Source: Chrysomallon squamiferum (taxonomy: Eukaryota; Animalia; Mollusca). From it: 64,000 nt of DNA. This document shows, one piece after another, positions 23,406-38,236 of this stretch. Numbering within the stretch: the stretch's first letter is position 1; the number at the start of each line of letters is the position of its first letter. The stretch is taken from the NCBI GenBank assembly GCA_012295275.1, contig CM022675.1:6944001-7008000 (forward strand), read 5' to 3'. The notes beneath the pieces were generated by a model. It saw nothing but the letters and a program-made list of their open reading frames with translations. It had not been told where the DNA came from and ran no database searches. Both the position numbers and the translations under genes were made by a program.

Positions 23406-24020
23406 ACACCCAGACAATGAGTTTTTAACGTTCTTTAATAAAAAATCTTTGCAGTTTGCCGTGGCCACATTAACGTTTAGTGAAGCCTCAAGCAATAAAA
23501 CAACAGATAAAGACATTACCTACACAAAACCCATCCCTTTAAGAAAATGCTTCACAGAACCGAGAACTGGATTAAACGTCATGAGAGCTGAATTTTATCT
23601 TTTTCTTAGATTATTTTGGTACGTGACCTTTGCATTAATAGACATACATAGATATTAATAATAACCGCCTTTAATAAACCTACACCAGGGTATGTTATTT
23701 CTTTTACCTCTACTAAATTGTTGTTGTTGTTGATGATGATGATGATGCTTACAATGGCTGATGTGGTTACGTAAATGAGTTCAGTGATGGTTCAGTCAGA
23801 TAAGGTTTTTTTTTTTTCCCCCAGTAAGAAAGAAAGCAAGAAAGAAAAGGGTTAAAATATATGCTATGGAGACTCAATCTTAAAGGTTATTTGTTTTTGA
23901 AGTCATTTAAATAAATAAATGGTTGGTTAGCTATTTCAATCAGTGAGTTTTCTTCGTGCCACTAAACAAACACGTTTTAATATTAAATGTGACAGCAACA
24001 ACAACAACAACAACAACAAC

Positions 24021-24093
<73 letters not shown>

Positions 24094-25142
24094 GATCAAA
24101 TCCAGTCAGTGATTTTTAAAAGTTTCTTTAATAAAAACCTCATAAAGCAGAGACTATAGTAATACAGTAATGGCAGATGTTTGAATATGCCATGACCACA
24201 TTAATGTTCAATAAATTTTTAAGCAATAAAACAGTAGATAAAGACATTATCTTCACAGAAACCAGGTCTTCAGTTATCGTTAGAGCTGAAATTTACTTTT
24301 TTCTTAGACTATTTTGGTGCGTGTCCTTTATAACGTTGTGTTAATGGACGTAGTGTTTCTGTTATCAGCAGACGATTAACAATAACTCGGGTAAAATATT
24401 TGTTTTACTTCTACAAGTAGTATGAGATAATGGGTATAGAGAAATTAGTTTTAAAAATTTCCAGCCAAAATACCAATATATATATATATATATTTGTTGT
24501 TGTTCGTTTCAATCAGGGGCGGGCAAACTATGTATATCTTATTCATGTTTTGTTTTTTTGTGGTGGTAGTTCTGATGGGAGGACAGACATGGTACAGTCA
24601 CTGGTGGTTCAATTACGTTAGGTTTTTATTTTGTTTTTGTTTGTTTTGTTGTTGTTGTTTTTTTGGGGGTTTTTTTTATGAATAAAAGTTTTCAAATGTA
24701 AAACGCGTACTTCATGGAGACTCAGTCTAAAACGATATTTGTTTTTGAAGGATTTTTTTTTTTTTTTTTTTTTTTTTGCGCGCGCGCGTGTGCACACACA
24801 CAGACACACATACACACACTTTTGGTAATAAAATTATTTTTTTTAGAGAAAAGTATAGACGTAATTATGATAAAACTGTCCATTTTCTGGCTTTTTTCAG
24901 TTAAATTAAATATTTTGTTAAAGTGCGTGTTACAGAAAATGAGAAATGCGACAAGCAGAAGATTGGTTTTATAATGTATAAAGAGTTTATGAAAATACGT
25001 GAAATTTATGCTATTCGCTTCAACAACGACGGCTTATAAAACATTGTATCCAAATTCGACAGTTATATGATGAATCGGTTGCAGTTTTGGACATCTTTGA
25101 TAACGATTTGATGGCGATGATGATGGTGATGATGATGATGAA

Positions 25143-25175
<33 letters not shown>

Positions 25176-25679
25176 TTGTGGTGGTAGTAGTAGTAGTAGT
25201 ATAATCCTCAAATGAAATTTGTTTATTTATAAAATCGTTATATTTCATTTAATATACTTGTTTTCTGAACAATTTTCCAATTTTCATTAATAAGTTTCTA
25301 TTTTGATTTTCAGATAAAAGGCAGCCTATATTCATTTTTTTTTTTTTATTATTCTTTATATCATATTGTAAGTTATGTGATACTTAATTTCTGTAAAAAA
25401 CTGTGTTACACTGATATTTCAGTTCATCATTAGCAATTAAAATATCAATAATGAAAAATTAAAAATTAAAACACAGTAACATTGTCTTTCTCATTATTCA
25501 TTTATTTTTAATAAATTGTTTTGACTGTACTTTTATTAAGTGTATTCTTGTTTTAATAAGAACTTTCACAGCCAGAAAATTTGTTTGTTTTGTTTTGTTG
25601 TTAAAAGGAGAGAGAATTTATTTAATTTATAAGTAAAATATTAACATTATGCTAAATAGAAAATGAATACAGATGCAGC

Positions 25680-25834
25680 AACCTAGAATCTCCGTTGACC
25701 CGGATGTTTTGACCTCTTCGTATCAATTTCCGGTTAAGCGCGCACTTTCAACAAATAGAAGACGACAATTAAATTTTGGTGATTTAAAATGTAATCGATT
25801 GAAATATTTTTATTTTTCAATTTAGGATTCTGTG
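25680..25834 (+). promoter_or_regulatory. Putative TATA-less promoter and non-coding first exon of the plus-strand gene
   Basis: CpG cluster with ETS-like CCGGATGT (25700-25707) and ATTTCCGG (25726-25733), GCGCGC, and donor TG|GTAAGA at 25834. CpG becomes scarce downstream. Confidence 0.5.
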
Positions 25835-26306
25835 GTAAGAATTTCTCTTATTGTTTTTGCGTTAAAATTTCAATATAAAGATTCAAAATACATGAATTAT
25901 TCAACTTTTTATTCTCATGTGCCGCGTTCAGTTTTATTCATTCAACCCGCGTTCAGTTTTTCCTTTCTAATTCTGTCGTCGTTTATTTTCGATATCAAAA
26001 TTGAATTTTTAAAAATGGAAATTATAGCATTTCAGAACAAAATAGTAATGTTTTCAGTAAAAAAAAAAAAAAGTGATAAATTTTATTTTTATTTGTTTAC
26101 ATTTTTCGCTAGAATGTTTTTATAATACATACTATAATGACTATTATACTGTGAATACCTCATTATAAATATCATTCAGTATGATGAGTATGACAATACA
26201 ATTTAGATATATATCTATAATATGTTTTACGTTTTTGTACCTACCTGGTTTTAAATGTGACTCAGTGACAAATTAATTTTTACAATTTTTATATATATAT
26301 ATATAT

Positions 26307-26375
26307 AAGTTAAAAATAATAATTAAAATTGAAAATATATCTATATATTTCAATTTTAATTATTATGTTTAACTT
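26307..26375. repeat. AT-rich near-perfect palindrome (~33-bp arms)
   Basis: AAGTTAAAAATAATAATTAAAATTGAAAATATAT-CT-ATATATTTCAATTTTAATTATTATGTTTAACTT. Confidence 0.85.
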
Positions 26376-26786
26376 TTCAACATCCACTGACTAATATTTT
26401 TTACCTTCTATTTCTATAAATTTTAATGTTTCTCCATTTACAAATATCTATATAGACTTATAGGGCTCTATATCATTTTAATTCAGTTCTTTTCTTTTCA
26501 TTTATTTATTTTGGTTGATGTCAGTTACACCATGCTAACTACAGTTCTGCAGATTGTGTTTATTTTTTCAATCATTATTCTAATAAATAATTATTATCCA
26601 ATAGGTCTGTCATTCAATGACTTGCATTTCACTGCACCTTTATCAGTTGACACTGTTATTTGTTATGTTAAAGTAAATAGTTACAAATAAATGTGTCTGT
26701 AAATCTGTTTATTCAAATTTACATATCTGAGTTGTCAGGTAACCATTAAGTAATGGCTTTAGAAACTGAAGTATCATTAATTATAA

Positions 26787-26829
<43 letters not shown>

Positions 26830-27681
26830 GCTTAAATTACCTAGTGATTTTTTAATTCATTTATTAATATTATTTTTTTGTTATTTTGGGAATTGAGTCA
26901 TTATATATATTTATATATGTGAGAAAAAAAAACTTCTAATAAAAAAGGAAAATACTTTTTGAAGGACATTTGAAAGTATTTAAGTAATTGGTAGAAATGC
27001 TTGTTTAGTATATATTTAATTTTTGTTTTATGCTAACAGCTTATTTTTTAATATTAAAAATTGTTTTTTCTTTTTCCTTTTCTTTTTCCTTTCTTTTATT
27101 ATTATTATTATTGTTTTTATTTTTTTAATTATTATTCTTGTTTTGTATGTATCAATTATTAAAAATGTTTTAATAAATATGTGTTGATCATTAATTATAA
27201 ATATATTTTTCATTATTTATAAGTATGAATTATGTCAATATATTCTAAAACATTTTCAGAAAAATTTGTCATATCTGTATTGATATTTTTAAAATATCAA
27301 GTATCAAGAAAAGAGAATAGTATATGTTGTTATATGGGTCTCATCCAAATAGATTTATCTCCCTTGAGCAAAAAAAAAGTTGGCATCCCTTGCAGTGAAG
27401 TAAATGTGATAATAAGAATGAATGCAAAAAAATAATAATAATAACGATAATAAATAAATAAATAAATAAATAAAAACATTTAAGTCACATAAGTTTAATT
27501 AATTTATTATTATTATATTTTTTAATAAAAATGAATAATTTTAGACCAACAAAAAATAACACACACATTTTTTTTTCCAGCTTACAAAATAATTGTTCCC
27601 CATTTATTTATGATTCATAATTTCTGTATTTGACTACCTTTGTGTTTATACTTTAATTATTTTACATTCTTTTTCTTTCAG

Positions 27682-27769
27682 AGTTTCATTTTTCCATTAA
27701 TTGTCTTTGAAGATATTCTGCATACATTTAAACATATACCGTCACAGGAACCAACATGTAGAATGTTTG
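27682..27769 (+). other. Candidate 5'UTR exon of the plus-strand gene
   Basis: Long pyrimidine tract TTCTTTTTCTTTCAG| and donor TG|GTAAGA, 88 nt apart. Confidence 0.45.
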
Positions 27770-30700
27770 GTAAGAACTTTTTATTGTTGTTGTTGTTGTT
27801 ATTTATTTAATTTAATTTAATTTGATTTTATATGAAAAGCAAAACTGCAGAATGTTTGTACAAACAAGTATTATTTTTCATGAAATTAATTCTACTATAG
27901 GTTGCTGTCAAATGATTTGTCCACAAGTTTTTTCCGTGTTTTTTCTGTTTGTGTCCAGTGGTCCAGAAATGCATATATAATAAAATATATTATCTAAGTA
28001 TGTATAAATCAATAAGTAAAGAATAAAATGTAAGAATTTAAAATAATGATACCAAAATATTCACAAAGGTAAGGATCAAGGATCACTTCCATAACACTCC
28101 CATAACTTAAATTTCAGAAGTCCTGAATTCATCATCATCTTGTGTTTTGGTAATTACTATAGATAATCCATTCTGTTTGCTTGAATTTCAGTATTTCACA
28201 GTATTACAGTTTCAGATTTTGTCATAATAGCAGAAAGGAGTGAAATTGAGAAAAAAAACAATCAAAAACATCTGAAAAATTTAATTTTTTTCATTTTATG
28301 TGAGTTTTATTTGTTGCAATAGGCTAGAAAAGTGATATGCAGAAAATGTAAATTAATATATATATTTTTTAATGAAAACGAGCATAAACAAGATTTTTAT
28401 CACCTGTGACCATTATATTTTATTACTGTTAATTTAATTTTATTTAATTTTATTTTGATTTATTTTTGATGGTTTAATTTATTTTGCTGTATAGTTTTAT
28501 TTATATTTTATTTTTCTTTATTTTATTTTATTTTATTGTATTTTTGGTGATTTTTTTAATTATTATTTTGCCATAAGTTTTATTTATATTTTATTTTCGT
28601 TTATTTAATTTTATTTTTGGTGTTTTATTTTAATTTATTTTTGTGTATATTTATTTATTTACTGGTTGGTTGGTTGTATTTACATCCTAATTTGGGCCCC
28701 TACAGATTCAGGTGATATTTTCTTTGATCAATACTGTGTGAACAGTTCTTTACCTGTAGTTTGTGAGCAATGATTCAGTTGTTTGTATTCACCATAATAT
28801 TGTTCTTTGTGTTTGTCGTCAATTCGAAATGTAAGTGCGATTCACTCTGCCGAGAGATTTGTCCACTTTGCAGTTTCATTCTTCGAGGTATGTGAATCCT
28901 AAATTTATTACGTTATTAAAGAATTTTCAAAATGAGGATTATAATGTTATATGTGATTATTAACATTGCATTTACTGGGGATTGTAATTATGTAGTTGAC
29001 AGTTAGGTTTGTTTCCTTGTATTTTTTTTTTTTATTCATGTTTTAGGTCTCTATTTTCGTATATTATACTGTAATTTAATAGTAGTAGTAGCAGTAGGAG
29101 TAGTAGGGATATTATTATTGTTATTATTTATAGTTGTACTTGATCTATTTTATTTTGCAGTATTACTACTGAAAGATATTTTTGACTGGATATATGTTTT
29201 ATTTGTATTTTTCACCCCTTTCTAAGCAATCCTTCATATATTCAGTTAATATGTATAGGAAAGTATGCCGATGAAAAAAGTCCAATTAAATAAATAAATT
29301 AATACTTGCTACCTTAAACATTCATATCTAAAGTTTTATCTTCAAAATTAAATTTTTTTAAAAGTAAATAAATAAAAATTAAGGATAATAATTAAAGAAA
29401 ATAATTAGAAGAAAAATAAGAAATTTTCATATTAAATTATCTTTAATTTTAAATGAAAATATAAATTCATTATTATTTAATTTATTTTTAGTTTAAATCT
29501 ATATATCCTTGTTTTATTTTACTATTATTTTAAAAAGAAAAAAGAAATAGAGAAAAAATGTTGGCAGAATATCAATTAAAATAATTAACTGAACTTGCAA
29601 ATACTGTGTGAAATTTAATTTTAAAAACATATTAAAATATTTAACCGATAACGTTAGAACTATAATCCTTTGTTACCACCTGTTTGAAAAACAATACAAG
29701 CATTCAGCAATTACAAAAAAAAAAACCAACATGCACTGGCTGAACAAACAACCTTCCCCAGTAAAAATGTTTATGCTAGCAGTAAGTAATGCCTGCCAAA
29801 GAAAATAAACTTTTTATTTATTTTTTTATTTTTTATTTTTTATTTTTAGAGCTTTGCCTGATGCGTACTTGTTCTTCTTCCCGCACTTTTGTTAATTTAT
29901 TGTTTGTATCCATGGCATATACACAACACTGTATGCTGCTTTTACACAATACCTTGTCTGCTGATACTTTCTGACGTTTTGAAAGTGCAGGGGAAGTTTA
30001 AAACTGATAAGATTTGTTATGCATTGATTTTAAGCTGTAGAATTTAAACGCCTCCCCCAACCAAAAAAAAAAAAAAAAAAAATAATCTTTAATAAATTAA
30101 ATTCTTTATTTACATTATGAATAGTTCTGATAAGAATGGCTAATGGGTTGTTTCTGAATGAATTATGATTAATGTTCTTTGATTTCTTTTTTTTAATTTT
30201 TTTTAATTTTTTTTTAAAGAATTGTTTGTGTGTTTTTAAGAAGGTATTTTAAATGAAGAGTTTGTTTGTTGATAAAATACTGATTAAATTTCTCCTCAGA
30301 GGTGCAGCTGAGATGGAAATAAAAATACTTTTGAAGGAAAATTGGTTTTAAGAAAAGAATTTTTTTTATTCCATCATTAAAACATTGCTATGATTCCTTG
30401 AATAGTTCTGCACCCCTCTTTATAAATAAAACATGAACAAATGTGCTCGTGAATGTTACTGAATTACTTTTAAAGAACTGATTTACAATTTCAGTTCAGT
30501 TAAAAAAATGTACTTGGTCTAAAACCCAGTATATCTTTATATGATCTTTAAATGAAAAGTACTGGGATAACATTTCTGATTCACAATTTAACCAAAATTC
30601 ATTTGCCAACATAAACATATATGCAGAGATACACGTTACATCCAGAATATCTTTATATAAAAACAGTGAATATGTACAGACAAGAACATGATTTTTAAAA

Positions 30701-31079
30701 CCACTGAATGTTTCTGTATATACTCCTTAAGTATTTCACCAAATAAACCTCATTTATATACATATATATATATATATATATTAATAAACATTCATAAATA
30801 CAAATATTTGCACACAAACACAGAAACCAATGTATATTAATGATTAAAAAAAAAAATGTTTTGAGTTTTAATTAAGAAAATATCTTTTAACATGTTTGTG
30901 GTTTTTGTTATTATTGTTGGTGTTATTATTAGCAAGAATCTAAGGTATTTAAAATGTGAAAAATCTGTTTCCTCAACAATTCAAAAGAAAAAAACACAAC
31001 CAATTTGCTAGCTAAACAATTATCTTCACATGTTTTTCAGATGTTTTTATCTCTGAACAGGTGTAATGTTTGATAAGTC

Positions 31080-31490
31080 AGATCACTAATTTGCTTGTAC
31101 TATATTTTGTTCAGACACAAAAACACACACACACTGAATTTTTATATTCATTACAGACTCGCACATCAGTAATTTGTTTGTACTATGCTAAGAACAACAA
31201 AACATATAGTGTACACATCATTAATTTGCTTGTACCATACTTACACATACACACACACACACATCCTTGCCACTGATTTGCTTGTATTGTATTCAGTATA
31301 TACACATACTCACAAACACGTTTCTGATTTGTTTGTATTATATTCAGAACACACACACATACATCTCTAATTTGCTTGTATTTCATACTCAGTACACATC
31401 TGTCTCTAATTTACTTATAGTATACTCAACACACAGACACATCACTAATTTACTCAGTACATAAAAACACATCACTAATTTGCTTGTATT
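31080..31490. repeat. Degenerate minisatellite, ~40-bp unit x~10
   Basis: Recurrent CACTAATTTGCTTGTA..TATTCAG..CACACAC. Confidence 0.85.
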
Positions 31491-34400
31491 TGTTAAACAG
31501 TTGGTGAATAATTTGTCTCACTGTCTGCACAAAACTCATTAATGTCTGATGAAAGAAAAGCAGATGTGATAAGAACAAAACGAATTTTCATCAAAGAACA
31601 TCAAAGGAATGTGCATATAGTATACTAGTGTGTGTGTGTGTGTGGGTATGTGTGTGCATACAATTTAAAATTTGAAGTGCAATGCTATATCTAATATTTC
31701 TTTCTTCTTCAACTACCAGCATTATGTTTCAACTTACTTTATCTTTCTTTTAAAGGAACATGAAAAAGAACTCTGTGTGTGTGTGTGTGTGTGTGTGTCT
31801 GTGGGTGTGTGATATAAAATATGTTGAGTGCATTTGTAAATCAAATATTCCTTCCTTCAACTAAATATAACATACTAATTTTATGCTTCTATTTAAAGGA
31901 GATGCTAAGAACAAGTTCAGTTTTATAATGTGATTTTAACATTCAGGATGTGTCATACAGACATGAATAAACAACACTGTTGTAAACACATTAATATAAG
32001 TCATTAAAATATAAACAATAGAAATGAGTCATACATTGTTTCTCTTCATCACAAATATTAAAAATAAATTTAATTTATGTTTTTACATTTTGAAATGAAT
32101 TAAAGATACACAGTTTAGATAATTCATTATAATCACATTTTTTTCTTTTATATAATTTTTTATTATTTTTGTTTTATTATTATTATTAAAGTGTGAACAT
32201 TGGATATGGATATTTAAATCTGGTTTTAAAATAATTTTAATCTAATTAATATTATTTATTTTGTGTTATGTAATTTACTCGTGCAGGATATTATATGTAT
32301 AATTTTTATTTTTATTTATTATTTATTTATTAATTATTTATTTATTATTTTTAATATAAGTAAATAATATTACAAAAAATATAATTAAATGCATTAATAA
32401 TTTTTATAAAGTAATGTTAGCAGTAATATGTATATATTTAATACATATATTGATATATACATAAATACACATATATACATATATACATACAGGTTATTTG
32501 AACTGAGTGGCTTATAATAAATACATAAGCATGTTCATGTATACATAATCTTTGAGCCTTTAATTGATTGTTTGAAATTAACAGATAATCATTCAGACAG
32601 ACAGACAGACAGACAGGCAGACAGGCTCTTTCTTTGCATCAAACACACATACAGAGACAAACATACATATATGCGAATAATTACATGTCTACATATTTTC
32701 GCCATGTTTGTGCACACATACCTATACACAGCAATATTCACAGGAGCATGTTTGAATATTTTTATCAACACACACACTCATACACACACTTTCATAAAAT
32801 GTCCATTACTCTGGGCTGTTGCAGACACATATGTATATTTATAAATGTCTTCTGAACAGCTTGTATTAATGTATGTGTACTCACATGCTCAAACCTATTA
32901 TTACTTTGGACTCTGTTGTGACAATATGTGTATCTATATATATATCTAAATATTTTCATGTAAATTATTACCAATTGATTGATTGTTGAAAACTGAAATC
33001 ACCAGCTTGTAATTGTAGCATATGGGTAATCTGTCTCTCTAGAATTAGACTGTAGCAAGTAAATTAAATAGTCGGTCTTTTATATATAAATAGTATAGGC
33101 AGGTACAAACACCAAACTTTTAATAAATTATATTTATGTGTGTATGTAATGTATGTAAATATATATATATAACCAGTACTTACAACTGGTTTAATAAACA
33201 AAATGGTATATGCTATCATGTTTCTTAAAAGGTGTGTAGAATATAAAAGAGAAGTCCAAACAGACATCACTGAGAAAAGTGTTAAGAATGATTGCAGGAG
33301 GGTTTCCTCTCAGACAGTGTTATCATTAGACAAGTCAGTAAAAGAAATCTTACAATTAATAATTGTTAGTTTGAAAATGCAATGAGATGTTATTAAACAA
33401 ATAGACTAGTAACTATAGAAAAAACAAAAGAGAAAAAAAATTTAAAAATAAAGTTTAATATTAATAATTATAAGATGTAAATGTATTCATGAAAGTAAAA
33501 TTATATTTTGAATTATTTTATTAATTGTTTATTATTATTTTATTTTATTTTATTTTGTATTATTTTATCTTTATTTTTTCCATCGAAAGTGTGTTATTGA
33601 CCTTGTTTTAAAAAACATGATTTACAAATGAAAATGTTGAAGTAAATAAATATTTGACTACTACCAGACTATTCATTTGAATCTCAAACATTGCTTCTTC
33701 AAGAATTTGCATTCTTTGTTTTCATTTGTCTGCAATAGCAATGGCAAAAACTTGACTAACTCAGAATCCTTTCTAGTGGAAACTGTATTTCTTTCTTTGT
33801 CATTACTGATGAAACGTGTTAGTTTTATTTTTATTTTTTTTATTTTTTTTTTTATTTAGTTATTTGTTTATTATTTATTATTTATTTATGTTATTGTTAA
33901 TACATAATTGCATACAGTATAACAAGAGTTGAGGTTTGTCTTCTTGAAAGTGGAACTCTTTTTAAAGATTATTTAAAAACAGGAAAGTACCATTATTATT
34001 TCTTACAATAGAAGCCTTCATTTCTTTCTTATTTTTCCCCCTTCCATTTATACATATATGAGTTATTATTTTTAACAATTAAAAATCAATATCAGTATTT
34101 TTGTAAAATTTAAAAATCATTTCAAATAGGAAAATAGTTTAATTATTTCTGACAATAAGTTTTAAGTTCTGTGCCAACAAGCTAAATACCAGCTGTTATA
34201 AAAATGTTATTGATTTCAGTTTGAATTACATTATAAAGCAATTAATAATTCTGTCAGGACTGTGAAATTGTAAATTAAAACTTCATCTACATTGTCATTC
34301 ATCATTCTTGTATTTCAGAATTGTTAACTGAATTGTTGGCATCTTAGAACTTAAATGTTTAAACTGTAGTTCTTTGGGTGTGTATTATCATTTTTTTAAC

Positions 34401-34507
34401 ACTACAATATATATTTTTACCTGAGTTTTATTAATCAAAATATTTACATAATCCTAAAGTTTAAATTGTATTTCACCTGACTCATATTATTTTAAAATGT
34501 TATGTAA

Positions 34508-34563
<56 letters not shown>

Positions 34564-34756
34564 TAGAGATTTGCTTTATTTTAAACTTTATGTTTAAATA
34601 TGTTTTTCTAACAATAGAAATAAGTAAAAGTTATTAACATGAAATATTTCCTGTTTGGTATATCTTATTGAGTATATATTTTTATATATATATATATTTT
34701 ATTTTTCTTTATATTTTTCTTTCTTTATTGGTTTTTATTTATTTATTTATTTATTA

Positions 34757-34848
<92 letters not shown>

Positions 34849-35675
34849 TACATTAAGTAAAACACATACATTACAAGATTTTGAAATATCTTTTTCATTT
34901 CAACAAAATTACTAATGCAGCATATTTTTTTAGACATAATTATACAAAATAGCCATAGTTACATTGTTGACCTTTGAAATAAAGCTACTACAAAATTTCT
35001 TGGTTTCAGATAACCAGCTATTAGTTTCTTTCCCCATTCCCATCAAAGTTGCAGACAGTTCTGGTGACAAACACAAACTCACTATAGTCTTAAGTTAACA
35101 ATAATTGGTTATCTAGGGAAAATTCTTTTCTCTATGAAGCAAAGAATTCCCTTCTAGCTACAAAGTATTAAATTTCCTGGCAGTAATTATGAAATGGAAG
35201 TAGAGGTACTATGCCCACAAGTTGAAAATGTTTATTGTAAAAGATAATTTTATTTTTCTTGGCTGTAAGAATGATTGTTAAATTTTGATTATCTCTTATG
35301 TAGTTAAATTCCAGTCAAGATGTTTATTCTTAAAGAAAGATATCTATTCCTTTCTTTTATTATTATTATTATTATTTATAGTTGTCTTTAGTATTTATAT
35401 ATTTGTTTGTTTGTTTATGCATCATTTGGACTAATGTATACACTTTTCCTATTTTGAATTTATTTTTATTAATATTTTAACATACATTTTTTTTTTTTTT
35501 TCATTATACTGTAATTTTAAAAAAAAATAAGAAAGAAAGAAAAAGAAAACAAAAAGAGATATGTTCTGAATGTTTATTTTATTTAATTTATTTTTATTAA
35601 ATATTTTTAGCACCCAGATCATTTGAACAGGCAGTTTGCCCTTAAGCCTTAAATTATTAAATGTCAAGACCATTG

Positions 35676-35718
<43 letters not shown>

Positions 35719-38136
35719 CTACATTATTTGCAAATTATATTTGTCGTGTGCTAAAAACAAGCCATTTCAACAGTTGGGCTTTTTACATATTCAGACTTTG
35801 TCCAAAACATTCAATTCTTTCTGATGCTTGTTTACCAAAAGCAACACTTTGCAATAAATCTGCTTTTGATGCCATATTACAAGTCATGGAAAAACACCAG
35901 ACTCTTCTCTGACTATCTATCTGCCAGTGAAACGTCTCACAACACAAAGAGCTGAAAAACCTTTCACTTTGTGATAGATCAAACAGCTTCAACCCTGGGC
36001 AGGGCAAAGATTGTTTATGTCTGAACATTAGTCATTGATTTTTGTTTGTTGAACTGCCAAAAGCAAAAGATTCAGATGCTGAAATATGAAAGGTATATTC
36101 ACGAAAGAGAAGAAAACGATGTAATGCTTTAAAAAAAATAATAATAATAATAATAAATTAAAATAAAAATGAAGAAGAAGAGAAATTATAAAGCATTTCT
36201 AACAGCTGTAAGAAATCCTCTGTGGATTGTTTTGGGGAGATGATGTATGTGCAATTTCACTTAATTTTTTTTTTATTGATAAGCTTTTCATGATAAGATA
36301 AGTGTTTGACATCTTTTAATGTTTTATGCTGAAATATACCTAGATTAATTTTTCTTAAATTGCTAGATTTTTACTTTTTAATGTTACACCAACACATTTT
36401 TATGTTTCAGTTTAATTATCTCATTTTTTCGAAATATTTGTTTAATACTTTTTTTTTATATGTAGCCATCTCTCTTCAGCACACATGCACAAACATATTC
36501 ACATATATTTATACCTAAATAGAGAGAAGCAAACATACACAGAGTAATGGAAGATAATGATGATCAAATATTTATGTTCAGTGAGACAGAACTGAGACAG
36601 ATTATAATGTGTACTTGAACTAACGAATCTGCAGAACAAATACCATTGTCTGTGAATAATTCTTACAGGTAAATAATTAAAACTCATAAATAATTGTTTT
36701 TCTCTGACATGTTATTTACCTAAGCCTGGATAACGATGCAGGTAGGCATATTTCTGCAGCTTAGTTTGTGTGCTTTTAGAGTTACGTTTATTTTTATATC
36801 CCTCTAAACATTATTACTACTACTACTACTACTACTATTACTTCTGCTGCTGCTGCTGCTGTTACGTGTATATTTGATATTATTTAATTTGTTTTGGAGA
36901 AAATCCAAAATGTATTCATTATTTACAAAAAAGGAAAATGTTATCATAATTTTAAAATACTTTAATAATATCTAAAAGAAGAAATAAGAATTAATGAACA
37001 GTAGAATGCATTTTTCATTTAGGGCTCTAATCACAATTACTTTAATAATAAAAGTGCAATATTTTCTTAATGTTTTGTAAAAAGATATTACTACAATTAT
37101 GTGTTTATTGTTTGAAACACAGATTTGTCTGTTTTTTTTGTTTTTTTTAAATAAGAAAAAAAGAAAAGAAAATTTACTGTTCATTATTTTTTTTATGATT
37201 ATGATGATGGTTTATTTATTTATAAATTAATTTAACTGTGGATCACAAAGGTTTAAAAAGGTTTTGTATTCACCATCTGGCACTAACCAAAAAAAAAAGA
37301 AGAGAAGTAACATATGTATTGATACCATATGGCAGACCAGACTGAAACTTCACTAATTACCCAGTACACACTGATAGCTCTTTATCATGTTTGCACTTAA
37401 AGTCATTTAAGAAGTTAAAAAAAAAAAAAAAAAAAAAAAAGAAAGAAAGAAAAAGTGAAGATAACTGAAGAAGGTAAAAGCCCCACCTAGTACAACAACA
37501 AGGGCAAGGAAATGATACGAGACAACGGAGAAACCAAGCAGCTCTTTCACTTTAAGAGTTTATCATTCTGAAATGGTCCACTTAATTTCAGACATTTGAT
37601 CCCTATTTTCAGTGACCCCTGACCAAGGAAGAGAAACTCATCTCTTGGAGTGGGCTGGAATAGAAACGAGAGATAAATTTTCCATTAAAAGGGGTCGTCT
37701 TTCAGGATCATTGCTTTTGCTGCTTTAATAAGCAGAATGTCCTTTTTAAAGTAAAAAAATTATGACCACGTTTTTGAAAAAGATAACAAATACTGATGTG
37801 GCAGCAAGCTTTAATGGTATAATAAAGTAGTTTTATTAAATTTTAAATATATAGTAATGGTGATAAAAAATCTTTGATAGCAACAGCAGTGATCCAATAC
37901 GTGTACAGAGTGAAAAAAGAAAATAATCTCATGACTTGGATTTATTTAATTTAAATTATTTAAGTATCTTTATAACTTAGGATAACAATATTTATGTTTC
38001 GAAGCTTAGCATCACCCTATTTTTAGAGAGAACTTTGAATGTCAGCCAAAAACACATGCATCTTCTAACTTTTGAATTATAGAAGCCTCTTTTCTCTTTA
38101 TCTCCTAATTTCCTCTTAATTTTATCTCTGTGCATC

Positions 38137-38236
<100 letters not shown>

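Larger units (their letters stand above)
18720..24750. repeat. Tandem array of ~1-kb units: 5 young copies, 2 more diverged copies and a partial upstream relic
   Basis: Anchor TTTGCC..ACC at about 19107, 20115, 21136, 21841, 22447, 23455 and 24186, giving periods of ~1008, 1021, 705, 606, 1008 and ~730 bp. Confidence 0.95.

Noticed and set aside
20076-23658. Repeated short ORFs in the tandem array (..SEASSNKTVDKDITYTETSSLR..)
   Set aside because: Starts, stops and frames differ between copies because of homopolymer indels. The similarity reflects DNA duplication, with no sign of coding constraint.
18720-24750. CRISPR-like array
   Set aside because: Units are ~1 kb with no unique spacers, there are no cas genes, and the context is eukaryotic.
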